From assembly GCA_963711565.1 (NCBI GenBank), contig CAVQEQ010000001.1, forward strand, positions 1,120,001 through 1,184,000: 64,000 nucleotides of DNA, read 5' to 3'. The position numbers and the translations under genes are program-made. The notes beneath the pieces were generated by a model. That model did not search any database. It saw nothing but the letters and a program-made list of their open reading frames with translations, and was not told where the DNA came from. This stretch comes from an uncultured delta proteobacterium (lineage in GTDB: Bacteria; Desulfobacterota; Binatia; Binatales; Binataceae). The stretch's first letter is position 1, and every line of letters starts with the position of its first letter. Positions 1-7,854 of the stretch are shown here, piece by piece.

Positions 1-379
1 CGCCCCCCAACCATCCGAGCTTGCCGGCCGAGCTCGAGCCGTAGCCGAAGATCGCGGCGCCACTCTCGGCGCATTGGGAGGGCTGTCCGCGGCGGCAGAA
101 GAAGCATCGCCCGCATGCGACCAGGCCGGACACGACGACGCGATCGCCCTTCTTGAGGCGATCGACGCCAGCGCCGACTTCTTCGATCACGCCGACGCCT
201 TCATGGCCGAGCACGAAGCCGGGCTCGATGGGCAGAGCGCCGTGATAGAAGTGGAGGTCGGAGCCGCAGATGCCGGCGCGAGTGATGCGCACGAGGGCAT
301 CGGTGGGAGTTTTGAGCGCGGGGTCGTCAACGCGCTCGACGCGGACATCGTGGGGGCCGTGGAAGACAGTTCCTTTCAT
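1..379 (-). CDS. Zn-dependent alcohol/formaldehyde dehydrogenase (MDR family), N-terminal part; runs off the window edge
   Basis: Manual translation MKGTVFHGPHDVRVERV...AGICGSDLHFYHG...LGHEGVG...CGRCFFCRRGQPSQC: catalytic Zn Cys and GHE motif plus four structural Cys; GGGGTGAG RBS-like site upstream. Absent from the ORF track (the track's 74..553 ORF is its antisense shadow). Confidence 0.9.
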   Translation of the reverse strand, partial: MKGTVFHGPHDVRVERVDDPALKTPTDALVRITRAGICGSDLHFYHGALPIEPGFVLGHEGVGVIEEVGAGVDRLKKGDRVVVSGLVACGRCFFCRRGQPSQCAESGAAIFGYGSSSAGKLGWLGG

Positions 380-579
380 AATCTCACCCCTAACAAGAAA
401 GTGGCGACGAAAACAATGCGAGAAGGAATAATCGCCTGCGCGGCGGGCGGCATGGCTGAGCCCTGCACCCAGTGTGAGGCGCAAAGTTGCGCGCGGCGCG
501 CTACTTTGCTCTCGGGGGCGGCGGGTTTGCAGAGGCGGCGAAGTGCGTGGTAATTCCAGAGGCGTAGCCGGAGGCTCTT

Positions 580-1044
580 ATGATTCAGAACGTGAAGAAG
601 ATTCTCGCGCCGATCGACTTTTCCGTCCATTCGATGGAAGCGATGCGCGGCGCGATGGAACTGGCGAAGGATGTCGGCGCCGAAGTTCATCTGATGCACG
701 TGATCGCGCCGCATCACCATTTTATCCCGCTGCCCCTGGCGACCAGCGCCGAGCAGAGCCGCGAGCTGGTGCGGGAGGCCGCGATGATCGAGCAGGCGGA
801 AGAGGAACTCGCGCGGATCAAGAAGGATGACTTCGGCGACTCGAACAAGGTCTTCACCTGTGCGGTGGTCGGGCCGCCGGTGCAGAAGCTGTGTGACTAT
901 GCCAAGGAGCAGGCGATCGATCTCATCGTCATGTCAACTCACGGACGGACTGGCGGCGATTTCGCGCTGATCGGCAGCGTTACCGAGAAGGTGGTGCGCA
1001 ACTCACCATGCTCGGTATTGGTCTTCCGTCCACGTAATCAATAG
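580..1044 (+). CDS. Universal stress protein (Usp family)
   Basis: KKILAPIDFS N-terminus; DLIVMSTHGRTG...IGSVTEKVVRNSPCSVLV signature; GGAGG RBS. Confidence 0.93.
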   Translation: MIQNVKKILAPIDFSVHSMEAMRGAMELAKDVGAEVHLMHVIAPHHHFIPLPLATSAEQSRELVREAAMIEQAEEELARIKKDDFGDSNKVFTCAVVGPPVQKLCDYAKEQAIDLIVMSTHGRTGGDFALIGSVTEKVVRNSPCSVLVFRPRNQ

Positions 1045-1073
1045 ACAGGCTGAGTAATCAATAGACAGGCTGA
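1034..1073 (+). repeat. Perfect 20-bp tandem duplication over the usp stop codon
   Basis: GTAATCAATAGACAGGCTGA at 1034-1053 and 1054-1073. Confidence 0.95.
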
Positions 1074-1084
1074 CGACGTAATTG

Positions 1085-1126
1085 CCGGCGGTCGCATGCG
1101 GATAGCGCGCGGCCGCCGGTTCGTTA
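1085..1126 (+). terminator. Probable terminator hairpin after usp
   Basis: CCGGCGGTCGC...GCGGCCGCCGG stem (one G-U pair on + strand) followed by TTCGTT; weak U tract. Confidence 0.45.
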
Positions 1127-1329
1127 AGTATTAGACCTACTGATAGTAGGGTTGGACGCCAGGCGCTGCGGGCGAACTTTGAAGAAGCAATGGGAGCGGT
1201 CAGACGCGTGGGAGACGGAAGATCCAGCGAGCCGGACGCCGGATCGTTCCATACAAATGATAAGGGCCAGGTAGATTGCTCTACCCAGCCCGTAGCCAAC
1301 CGGGAAAAGGGGGGCAAACCCCGGCCAGC
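1120..1329 (-). ncRNA. Candidate small non-coding RNA (unassigned family)
   Basis: Three consecutive hairpins (1329-1295, 1291-1264, 1250-1217) whose non-WC pairs are G-U only on the minus strand; the first begins at the predicted +1 of a sigma70-like promoter. 3' end uncertain. Confidence 0.55.
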
Positions 1330-1335
1330 AATCGT

Positions 1336-1363
1336 ATTGTACGCAAATGCGCGCGTCTTGCAA
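1336..1363 (-). promoter_or_regulatory. Sigma70-like promoter for the candidate sRNA
   Basis: TTGCAA (1363-1358), 16-nt spacer, TACAAT (1341-1336); predicted +1 G1329 preceded by a pyrimidine. Confidence 0.55.
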
Positions 1364-1435
1364 CAACAATCGTGATGACCGGGAGGGCTACTCTCGTCAT
1401 CCAGGATGTGTGTTTCGCCCGCTAATCTGCGCTGT

Positions 1436-1705
1436 TCAGAGCGCGCCGCCGCCGAGTGCGGGAATGAAATGGACTTCGCTGTCCTCGTTCACGGCGTCGA
1501 GCACGCCGCCGGTAGCGATTTCGCCGTCGATCGAAACGGCGATCGAGGGGCGGATGTCGCCGTCTTCGAGTAACTGCTGGTCGATGCCGGGAAACTGACG
1601 GCCAAGTTGCACAACGAGTTCGCGGATCGATTTTCCGGGGATCTCGACGCGTTCGATGCCGCCGGTAAATTTGCGGAGCAGTGCGGGGATGACAACTGTG
1701 GGCAT
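1436..1705 (-). CDS. MoaD/ThiS family ubiquitin-like sulfur carrier
   Basis: MPTVVIPALLRKFTGG...FPGI...EVHFIPALGGGAL beta-grasp pattern; start set at MPTV because the upstream ATG lies inside a hairpin. Confidence 0.85.
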   Translation of the reverse strand: MPTVVIPALLRKFTGGIERVEIPGKSIRELVVQLGRQFPGIDQQLLEDGDIRPSIAVSIDGEIATGGVLDAVNEDSEVHFIPALGGGAL

Positions 1706-1746
1706 CGCAAAAGCAAAAGGGGCGAGCATTAGCCCGCCCCCTTTTG
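1706..1746 (-). terminator. Intrinsic terminator between the Mo subunit and the moaD-like gene
   Basis: Minus strand CAAAAGGGGGCGGGC-TAAT-GCTCGCCCCTTTTGCTTTT; A/U tracts on both sides. Confidence 0.7.
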
Positions 1747-1757
1747 ATCATTCCTGA

Positions 1758-4046
1758 TTAATCCGCCGCGGCTGAATGTTGCGTCGAGGCGCGCTGCTTG
1801 AGCATCGCTTTCAGCAGCTTCGGCGGCGACATCGGCGTCTCTGTCATGCGCACGCCGACCGCGCGATAGATCGCGTTGGCAACCGCAGCCGGCGGCGGCA
1901 CGATCGAGACCTCACCGACGCCGCGCACGCCCAGCGGATGACCGGGGTTCGCTTCTTCGACGACGACGGTTTCGATCATCGGCAAGTCGAGGCAGGTCGG
2001 CATCCGGTAGTCGAGGAATCCGAAGTTACGCAGCGTGCCCTTGTCGTCGTAGAAATATTCTTCGTTGAGTGCCCAGCCGAGACCCTGCGCAGTGCCGCCC
2101 TGCATCTGGCCTTCGACGTAGCTGGGATGAATCGCCTTGCCGGCGTCCTGCGCGATCGTACATCGGATGATTTGGACCTTGCCGGTGTCGGGATCGACTT
2201 CGACATCGACACAGGTCGTCGCGAAACCGGGGCCGACGCCGCGCGCGTTCACGCTCGCGCGGCCGGTGATCGGTCCTCCGGTGCGGCCGAAGCGGGGCGC
2301 GAGCTGCTTGATCGACAGTGGCGGCACGCCGTTGCCTTTGGCGTAGAGCTTGCCGTCGCGGAATTCCACCTCGTCGGGCTTCTTCTCCCAGAGCTTGGCG
2401 GCGCGCTCGATCAACTGGCGCTCGGCGTCCTTGGCCGCTTCGTACACCGCCATCCCGGTGGCGAAGGTGACGCGGCTGCCGCCGGTCACGTCGGTGTGGC
2501 CGATCGAATCGGTGTCGGCGGTGATCGGACGGACGTCGGTCACCTCGAGTCCGAGGACTTCCGCCGTGATCATCGCCATCGAAGCGCGCGAGCCGCCGAT
2601 ATCGGGCGAGCCGGTGACGACGCTGGCGGTTCCGTCGGCATGGATATTCACGGTGGCCGAGGATTGCATCCCGGCGTTGAACCAGAAGCCGGAGGCGACG
2701 CCGCGTCCGCGGAACTTGCCGGTCAGCTTGGATTTGTAGTGTGGACTGTTCTTGATTCCCTCGAGGGTCTGGAGAAATCCGATGCGCTTGAATGGAGGGC
2801 CGACGACCTGCGGCGCGCCTTCTTTCACACCGTTTTTGATCCGAAACTCGATCGGATCGATTCCGCACTTCTCGGCGAGCTCGTCAATTATCGTCTCCGA
2901 GGCGAACGCGGCGTTGGTTGCGCCGGGAGCGCGATAGGCCGCGGTCTTGGGACGGTTGACGATAACGTCGTACCCGTCGATTTGAAAATTCTCGATGGTA
3001 TACGGAGCGATGATACACATCGCGCCCGCGCCGACCGGCGAGCCGGGGAACGCGCCGGCCTCGTAGGCCATCCAGATTTCGGCGGCGACGAGTTTGCCGT
3101 CCCTGGTCGCGCCCATCTTCACTTTGATCTTCGAGCCGGAGGTCGGGCCGCTCGCGCGCAGTACTTCCGAGCGCGACATCACGAGCTTGACGGGCGCGCC
3201 GGTCTTCTTCGACAGCAGCACGGAGAGCGGTTCGAGGTAGATGGTGGTCTTGCCGCCGAAGCCGCCGCCGATTTCAGCCGGCACGACTTTGATGTGGCCA
3301 ACGGGCATCCCCAGCACCTGCGCACTGAGCGAGCGGACGTCGAAGGCGCCCTGCGTCGAGCAGTAGATCGTCGCGTGGCCGTCGGAGTTGTAGATGCCGA
3401 CGGCGTTGTGCGGCTCGATGTATCCCTGGTGGACCATCGCGGTGTTGAATTCGCGCTCGATGATATAGTCAGCAGCCTTGAATCCAGCCGCGACGTCGCC
3501 GCGCTTGAACTGATAGTGCTGCGCGACGTTGGTCTCCTTGTCGCCTTCTTCCTTGTTGCGGAGATCCTTCAGAAGAATCGGTGCGCCCGGTTTGGTGGCC
3601 GCATCGACGGTCATCACGGGCGGCAGCACTTCGTACTCGACTTCGATGAGGCGCAGAGCTTCCTCGGCGATATGCGGGCTGGTCGCGGCGACGGCGGCGA
3701 TCGCGTGGCCGTCGTAGAGGACCTTGTCGTGCGCGAGGATGTTCATCGACAGGTACATCGGGTTGACGGTCATCTCGCCGGCCTGCTCGAGCTTGTTCGC
3801 GGCCTGTGGGAGATCCTTCGAAGTGACGATCGCCTTGACGCCGGGGAGCTTGAGCGCCTTGTCGATATTGATCGATTTGATATTCGCGTGAGCGTGCGGG
3901 CTGCGCAGCACCTTGCCGTGCAGCATGCCGGGGAACGCGTAGTCGGCGCCGTACTTGGCGCGGCCGGTCACCTTGTCGACGCCGTCGTGCCGAATCGGAC
4001 GCGTGCCGATAACTTTGAAATTGCCAGTCGTGGTTGATGCCGCCAT
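1758..4046 (-). CDS. Xanthine dehydrogenase family molybdopterin-binding subunit
   Basis: DKVTGRAKY, LRSPHAHA, GGGFGGK, AYRAPG loop, GQMQGG, RGVGE motifs; 762 aa. Confidence 0.93.
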   Translation of the reverse strand: MAASTTTGNFKVIGTRPIRHDGVDKVTGRAKYGADYAFPGMLHGKVLRSPHAHANIKSINIDKALKLPGVKAIVTSKDLPQAANKLEQAGEMTVNPMYLSMNILAHDKVLYDGHAIAAVAATSPHIAEEALRLIEVEYEVLPPVMTVDAATKPGAPILLKDLRNKEEGDKETNVAQHYQFKRGDVAAGFKAADYIIEREFNTAMVHQGYIEPHNAVGIYNSDGHATIYCSTQGAFDVRSLSAQVLGMPVGHIKVVPAEIGGGFGGKTTIYLEPLSVLLSKKTGAPVKLVMSRSEVLRASGPTSGSKIKVKMGATRDGKLVAAEIWMAYEAGAFPGSPVGAGAMCIIAPYTIENFQIDGYDVIVNRPKTAAYRAPGATNAAFASETIIDELAEKCGIDPIEFRIKNGVKEGAPQVVGPPFKRIGFLQTLEGIKNSPHYKSKLTGKFRGRGVASGFWFNAGMQSSATVNIHADGTASVVTGSPDIGGSRASMAMITAEVLGLEVTDVRPITADTDSIGHTDVTGGSRVTFATGMAVYEAAKDAERQLIERAAKLWEKKPDEVEFRDGKLYAKGNGVPPLSIKQLAPRFGRTGGPITGRASVNARGVGPGFATTCVDVEVDPDTGKVQIIRCTIAQDAGKAIHPSYVEGQMQGGTAQGLGWALNEEYFYDDKGTLRNFGFLDYRMPTCLDLPMIETVVVEEANPGHPLGVRGVGEVSIVPPPAAVANAIYRAVGVRMTETPMSPPKLLKAMLKQRASTQHSAAAD

Positions 4047-4103
4047 GGCCTTACCTCGTGAATCGCTGAGTCGTAGCTGTCGAATGATCTCGCGACGATC
4101 CCG

Positions 4104-4601
4104 TCATGCCGCTGATTTGCGCTTGTCCTGCCCGCGCATATCGGCGGCGGCGTCGAGGACAGCTTTTACAATCTTGTCGTACCCGGTGCATCGGCAAAGA
4201 TTGCCCGCGAGGGCGTAGCGAATCTCGGGCTCGCTGGGATTTGGATTGCGATCGAGCAGCGACTTCGCCGAGATCAGGAATCCCGGAGTGCAGATGCCGC
4301 ACTGCAAGCTCGCATTCTCGAGAAACTTGTTTTGCAGAACGTGGAGCACGCCATTGGTGGCGAGTCCCTCGACGGTCGCGATCGTTTTGCCTTGCGCCTC
4401 GACGCCGAGCACCAGGCATGAGCATACGGCGCGGCCGTCGAGCATCACCGTGCACGCGCCGCAATCTCCGGTGAGGCATCCTTCTTTCGAGCCGGTGAGT
4501 TCGAGCACGTCGCGCAGGGTTTCGAGCAGGCTTTGGCGCGGCTCGCATAGGAACTCGACGGTTTCGCCGTTAACTGTCGCTTCAACCAGGGTCTTTTTCA
4601 T
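4104..4601 (-). CDS. (2Fe-2S)-binding small subunit (CoxS/XdhA-like)
   Basis: GCLTGDCGACTV...SC, QCGICTPG, NLCRCTGY. Confidence 0.95.
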   Translation of the reverse strand: MKKTLVEATVNGETVEFLCEPRQSLLETLRDVLELTGSKEGCLTGDCGACTVMLDGRAVCSCLVLGVEAQGKTIATVEGLATNGVLHVLQNKFLENASLQCGICTPGFLISAKSLLDRNPNPSEPEIRYALAGNLCRCTGYDKIVKAVLDAAADMRGQDKRKSAA

Positions 4602-4622
4602 AACTCTATGCCGTGGGGTTGT

Positions 4623-5492
4623 TCAGATTTTCTTCGCGCGGTCGGCGGCGATAGTCAGCGCGCGGCGCGTGAGGACGCCGGCGACGTGGAGACGAAATTC
4701 GATCGTCCCGCGCATGTCGTCGATCGGTTTGCAGGCCTCGCTCGCCGCGCGGCCGGCGGCCTCGAGTGACGCGTCGTCGAGTTTCTTGCCGATGAGCGCG
4801 TCGGCAGCTTTAGTCTCGAGCAGCGGAGTCGCCGCGACCGCGCCAAGGCCGATGCGCGCGGCTTTCACCTTGTCACCGTCGAGCGTGATCGACGCGCCGA
4901 CGCCGACGACCGCGATATCCATCTCGTTACGCGGAATGAATCGGAGGTACGCGTCGCTCGAATGCGGCGCGGGCGCGGGAATCAGCAATTCGACGAGCAG
5001 TTCGCCGGGCTTCAGCACGGTGCGTCCCGGCGACACGACGAACGACTCGACAGGCACTTCGCGCTCGCCGGCGGGGCCGACGATTCGCGCGCGCGCACCG
5101 AGCGCAATCAGGGCGGGAGTCGTGTCGGCGGCGGGCGAGCCGTTGCATAGATTGCCGCCGACCGAGGCGCGGTTCTGAATCTGCAGCGAGCCGATCAGAT
5201 GAGCCGCCTCGGTAAGGCCGGGATAGTGACGGCGCATCGTATCGTTCTCGCTGATGTCGATGCAGGAGACGGCGGCGCCGAGGCGCAAGCCCTTTTTCGC
5301 GTCGAAGGAAAGAGCCTGCAGCTCCTTGATTTTCTTGATGTCGACGAGGTGCTCGATGCGACGGACTCCTGCGCGCAACTGGATGATTATGTCGGTGCCG
5401 CCGCAGAACGGGCGGGCATTTTCGCCGTGAGTTTTGAGGATGGCGACCGCCTGATCGAGGGTGCTGGGAGCTTCGTAATTGATAGCGTGCAA
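4623..5492 (-). CDS. FAD-binding medium subunit (CoxM-like)
   Basis: GGTDI, IGSLQIQNRASVGGNLCNGSPAAD, PIDDMRGT; TTG start. Confidence 0.92.
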   Translation of the reverse strand: MHAINYEAPSTLDQAVAILKTHGENARPFCGGTDIIIQLRAGVRRIEHLVDIKKIKELQALSFDAKKGLRLGAAVSCIDISENDTMRRHYPGLTEAAHLIGSLQIQNRASVGGNLCNGSPAADTTPALIALGARARIVGPAGEREVPVESFVVSPGRTVLKPGELLVELLIPAPAPHSSDAYLRFIPRNEMDIAVVGVGASITLDGDKVKAARIGLGAVAATPLLETKAADALIGKKLDDASLEAAGRAASEACKPIDDMRGTIEFRLHVAGVLTRRALTIAADRAKKI

Positions 5493-5609
5493 GAGAGGAA
5501 AACCTCCGGTCGGGTCAAGATTATACCCGCCTTTCTAACTTGGATAGCCTAGTCGGCGCTCGCTGAAAAGGGGACGATGATTGGTCCAATTCGGTGGACT
5601 CAAAGAGAG

Positions 5610-5783
5610 ATGGAAAAGGGAAAAAGACAGCAACTGGAAAGCGCGGGATGGAAGGTCGGTACGGCCAGAGATTTCCTCGAACTGAGCGACGAAGAAGCCG
5701 CGTTGGTTGAGGCCAAACTCGGAGTCGTCAACGTTGCTGGCGCACGCGCTAGCGCGCGAGATCCTTCGCTGCGCTCAGGATGA
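5610..5783 (+). pseudogene. Truncated XRE-type antitoxin/HTH regulator (N-terminus only), fused to a REP-like repeat
   Basis: MEKGKRQQLESAGWKVGTARDFLELSDEEAALVEAKL resembles the N-terminus of a common XRE antitoxin family; the HTH is missing and the frame ends inside the repeat (RDPSLRSG*). Confidence 0.6.
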
Positions 5784-5830
5784 CGGAAAGAACACTCCGT
5801 CATTCTGAGCCGCTGCGACGAAGAATCTCG
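5744..5830. repeat. REP-like inverted pair (family A: GAGATCCTTCG...CAGGATGAC)
   Basis: GAGATCCTTCGCTGCGCTCAGGATGACGG followed by the inverted copy CCGTCATTCTGAGCCGCTGCGACGAAGAATCTC. Confidence 0.85.
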
Positions 5831-5908
5831 ACGGACGTTCCTGCGGCCGGCGTCGGCAACTTGAAGACCCGTACGCGCTTTGAATGTTCGAGTTGAACGC
5901 GAGCCACA

Positions 5909-6217
5909 TCACGCAGCGCGTTTGCGCGGTTGGACCTCGCGGGCGATTTTCGTCGCCAATTCGTCTTTGGCTTTTTCGAGGTCGTGGTCGCTCTGCAAGC
6001 CGAGCCAGAATTCCGCCGACGTGCCGAGATAGCGGGCGAGCCGAAGCGCGGTATCTGCCGAGATGGCGCGCTCACCCTTCACGATTTCCCCGATCCGATT
6101 GGCCGGCACGCGCAGGTCCATCGCGAGCCGATGAATGCTGATGCCGGTGGGGAGGATGAAATCTTCGTACAAGACCTCGCAGGGATGAAGCGGCGGTATT
6201 TTTTTAGCGCGAGCCAT
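5909..6217 (-). CDS. higA: HigA family addiction-module antitoxin (orphan)
   Basis: PPLHPCEVLYEDF...LAMDLRVPANRIGEIVKGERAISADTALRLARYLGTSAEFWLGLQSDHDL. Confidence 0.92.
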   Translation of the reverse strand: MARAKKIPPLHPCEVLYEDFILPTGISIHRLAMDLRVPANRIGEIVKGERAISADTALRLARYLGTSAEFWLGLQSDHDLEKAKDELATKIAREVQPRKRAA

Positions 6218-6231
6218 GTCGGGGTGTCTCG

Positions 6232-6273
6232 ACGCGCCGGCGCGCGAGATCCTTCGCTGCGCTCAGGATGACG
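6232..6273. repeat. REP-like family A copy
   Basis: 40/42 identical to 5744-5785, same orientation. Confidence 0.9.
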
Positions 6274-6331
6274 CAAGAATAAGACGGTCACAAGAAAGTG
6301 CGCGGGTGAGCTTTTGTGACGTGATCGCAGA

Positions 6332-6437
6332 ACCCTCACCTACCGGCCGCAATGCGGCCGGCCGCCTCTCCCGTAAAAAGCTCCCCTCACCCGCGCCAGA
6401 GGCGCGACCTTTCCCGCAACCGAGCTGGAGAGGCGAA
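6332..6437. repeat. REP-like palindromic elements (family B: CCCTCACC...CCTCTCCC)
   Basis: Two tandem units CCCTCACC-hairpin-CCT(C/T)TCCC; related CCTAACCCC hairpins at ~16056 and ~53711. Confidence 0.6.
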
Positions 6438-6548
6438 TAATAGGTTGCGAGGAACGCAACATCCTAACTGGGGCGAGGTAAATTCGCGGCCATTCTGGGT
6501 GGCTGCAGTGAAGGGTCTCGACGGACGTTTGCCAGCAGAGCAAAATCG

Positions 6549-7646
6549 CTACGCCTTAAAGCCTAAACGCGACGCTACTTGTGCCGCCGCGAGGGCTAGG
6601 GCGGGTGCCATTGGGCCCATCAGGGCGAAGCGGGGGTCTGTCGTTTGGCCGCGGACGTAGCGGACGTAGATTTGCTCGACGACGGTCGCGGTCTTCCAGT
6701 GCGCCCAAGCCCAGTAGTACGGCATCGCACTGACGTCGCGGCCGGTGCGGGTCGAATATCGGTGCAGCAGTTCGTCGCGGCCTAGAAACCCCGGGCGCAT
6801 CGTGTGCGCTTCACCCTGCGAGGTCGCGAGCAGCTCGGCGGGGTCGCTCTGGTCGCGCCAGTAGTTCATCACGATGCCGAGATCGACGAGCGGATCTCCA
6901 ATCGTGGACATTTCCCAGTCGAAGACGCCGACAATCTCGCCGTGATTCACCGCACCGACCATGACGTTGTGCAGATAGAAGTCGTTGTGCACGAGCACGG
7001 GCGGCGGCGAGACCGGCATGTTGTCGAGGAACCACGCGCCGAGTTTTTCCATCAGCGGCACTTCGCGCGTCTTGGCTTTTTCCCATCGCGCCATCCATCC
7101 GGTGATCTGGCGCTTCAGAAATCCGTCGGGCTTGCCGAGCGTTTCGAGCCCGATCGCCTTGTAATCGACGCCGTGCAAATCAGCGAGCGTGTCGATGAAT
7201 CCCTCGGACATCGCGCGGAAGGTAGCGGGGTCGTTGCCGAGCTCGGCGGGCAGCGGCTGGCGGTTCTTGATGACGATGCCGGTGCGGCGTTCCATAACGA
7301 AGAAAGGCGCGCCGATGATCGAGACGTCGTCGCTGTAGAGCATCCCGCGCGGCGCCGGCTTGAAGACTTCCCACAGGCGCGAGAGGACGCGGTACTCGCG
7401 GCCCATGTCGTGGCCGCCGACGGGCAGCGGGCCGAACAGCGGCAGGCGCACAACCCATTCGCGGTCGCCGAAGCGGAGCAGGTAGGTGAGATTCGACGAG
7501 CCGCCGCGGAACTGCTTGACGGTCATGGGCGCGTCGGCGCCGGGCAGTTGGCAATTGCGCAGATGGGCGATGAGCTTGCTCCAGTCGAGCTGCTCTTCCT
7601 CGCGAACGTCGCCGAATTCGACGGTGAGATCGATAGCTTCAGACAT
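6549..7646 (-). CDS. Phosphotransferase (APH/ACAD10-11 N-terminal kinase-like) family protein
   Basis: GGSSNLTY, HDMGREYRVL, GAPFFVME, VHNDFYLHN, VFDWEMSTIGDPLVDLG; downstream of an ACAD11-like dehydrogenase. Confidence 0.92.
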   Translation of the reverse strand: MSEAIDLTVEFGDVREEEQLDWSKLIAHLRNCQLPGADAPMTVKQFRGGSSNLTYLLRFGDREWVVRLPLFGPLPVGGHDMGREYRVLSRLWEVFKPAPRGMLYSDDVSIIGAPFFVMERRTGIVIKNRQPLPAELGNDPATFRAMSEGFIDTLADLHGVDYKAIGLETLGKPDGFLKRQITGWMARWEKAKTREVPLMEKLGAWFLDNMPVSPPPVLVHNDFYLHNVMVGAVNHGEIVGVFDWEMSTIGDPLVDLGIVMNYWRDQSDPAELLATSQGEAHTMRPGFLGRDELLHRYSTRTGRDVSAMPYYWAWAHWKTATVVEQIYVRYVRGQTTDPRFALMGPMAPALALAAAQVASRLGFKA

Positions 7647-7658
7647 GCGAGATGCTAA

Positions 7659-7849
7659 ATCCTTCGCCGGCGCTCAGGATGACTAAATCGAGGCAGCGAC
7701 TCGAAACCGGAACCGGCTTCGCGTGCGCGAAGCTGTCCGAGATCCTTCCTGCCGCTCGCGTTGCTCGCTTTGTCAGGATGACACAAAGAGCGAAGCTGCT
7801 CCGAGATGCTTCCAGTGCGGTCGCGTTGCTTGCTCCGGCCGAGATGACA
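7659..7849. repeat. Cluster of three REP-like family A units, including a ~79-bp extended unit (7704-7782)
   Basis: ATCCTTCGCCGGCGCTCAGGATGAC; AAACCGGAACCGGC...GAGATCCTTCC...CAGGATGAC; GAGATGCTTCC...GAGATGAC. Confidence 0.8.
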
Positions 7850-7854
7850 AGGAC

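Noticed and set aside
74-553. 159-aa plus-strand ORF
   Set aside because: Antisense shadow of the minus-strand Zn-dehydrogenase, which carries all family motifs
1168-1422. Alternative ~255-nt plus-strand RNA closed by GCGGGCGAA/TTCGCCCGC; also 6S, tmRNA, SRP or Moco riboswitch identity
   Set aside because: The 9-bp GC-rich match may be chance; the main stems and the promoter favour the minus strand; no hallmark motifs of those RNAs and no directly downstream gene for a riboswitch
1776-4037. 753-aa plus-strand ORF and similar long antisense ORFs (e.g. 7723-8952, 34350-35675, 18443-19606)
   Set aside because: Mirror frames of real genes, expected at high GC3; no recognisable motifs
1758-5492. 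Aerobic CO dehydrogenase call
   Set aside because: Lacks the AYxCSFR loop and coxDEFG accessory genes
5744-7849. CRISPR array or integron attC sites
   Set aside because: Repeats are irregularly spaced, in both orientations and variable; no cas or intI gene, and no attC core-site pattern recognised
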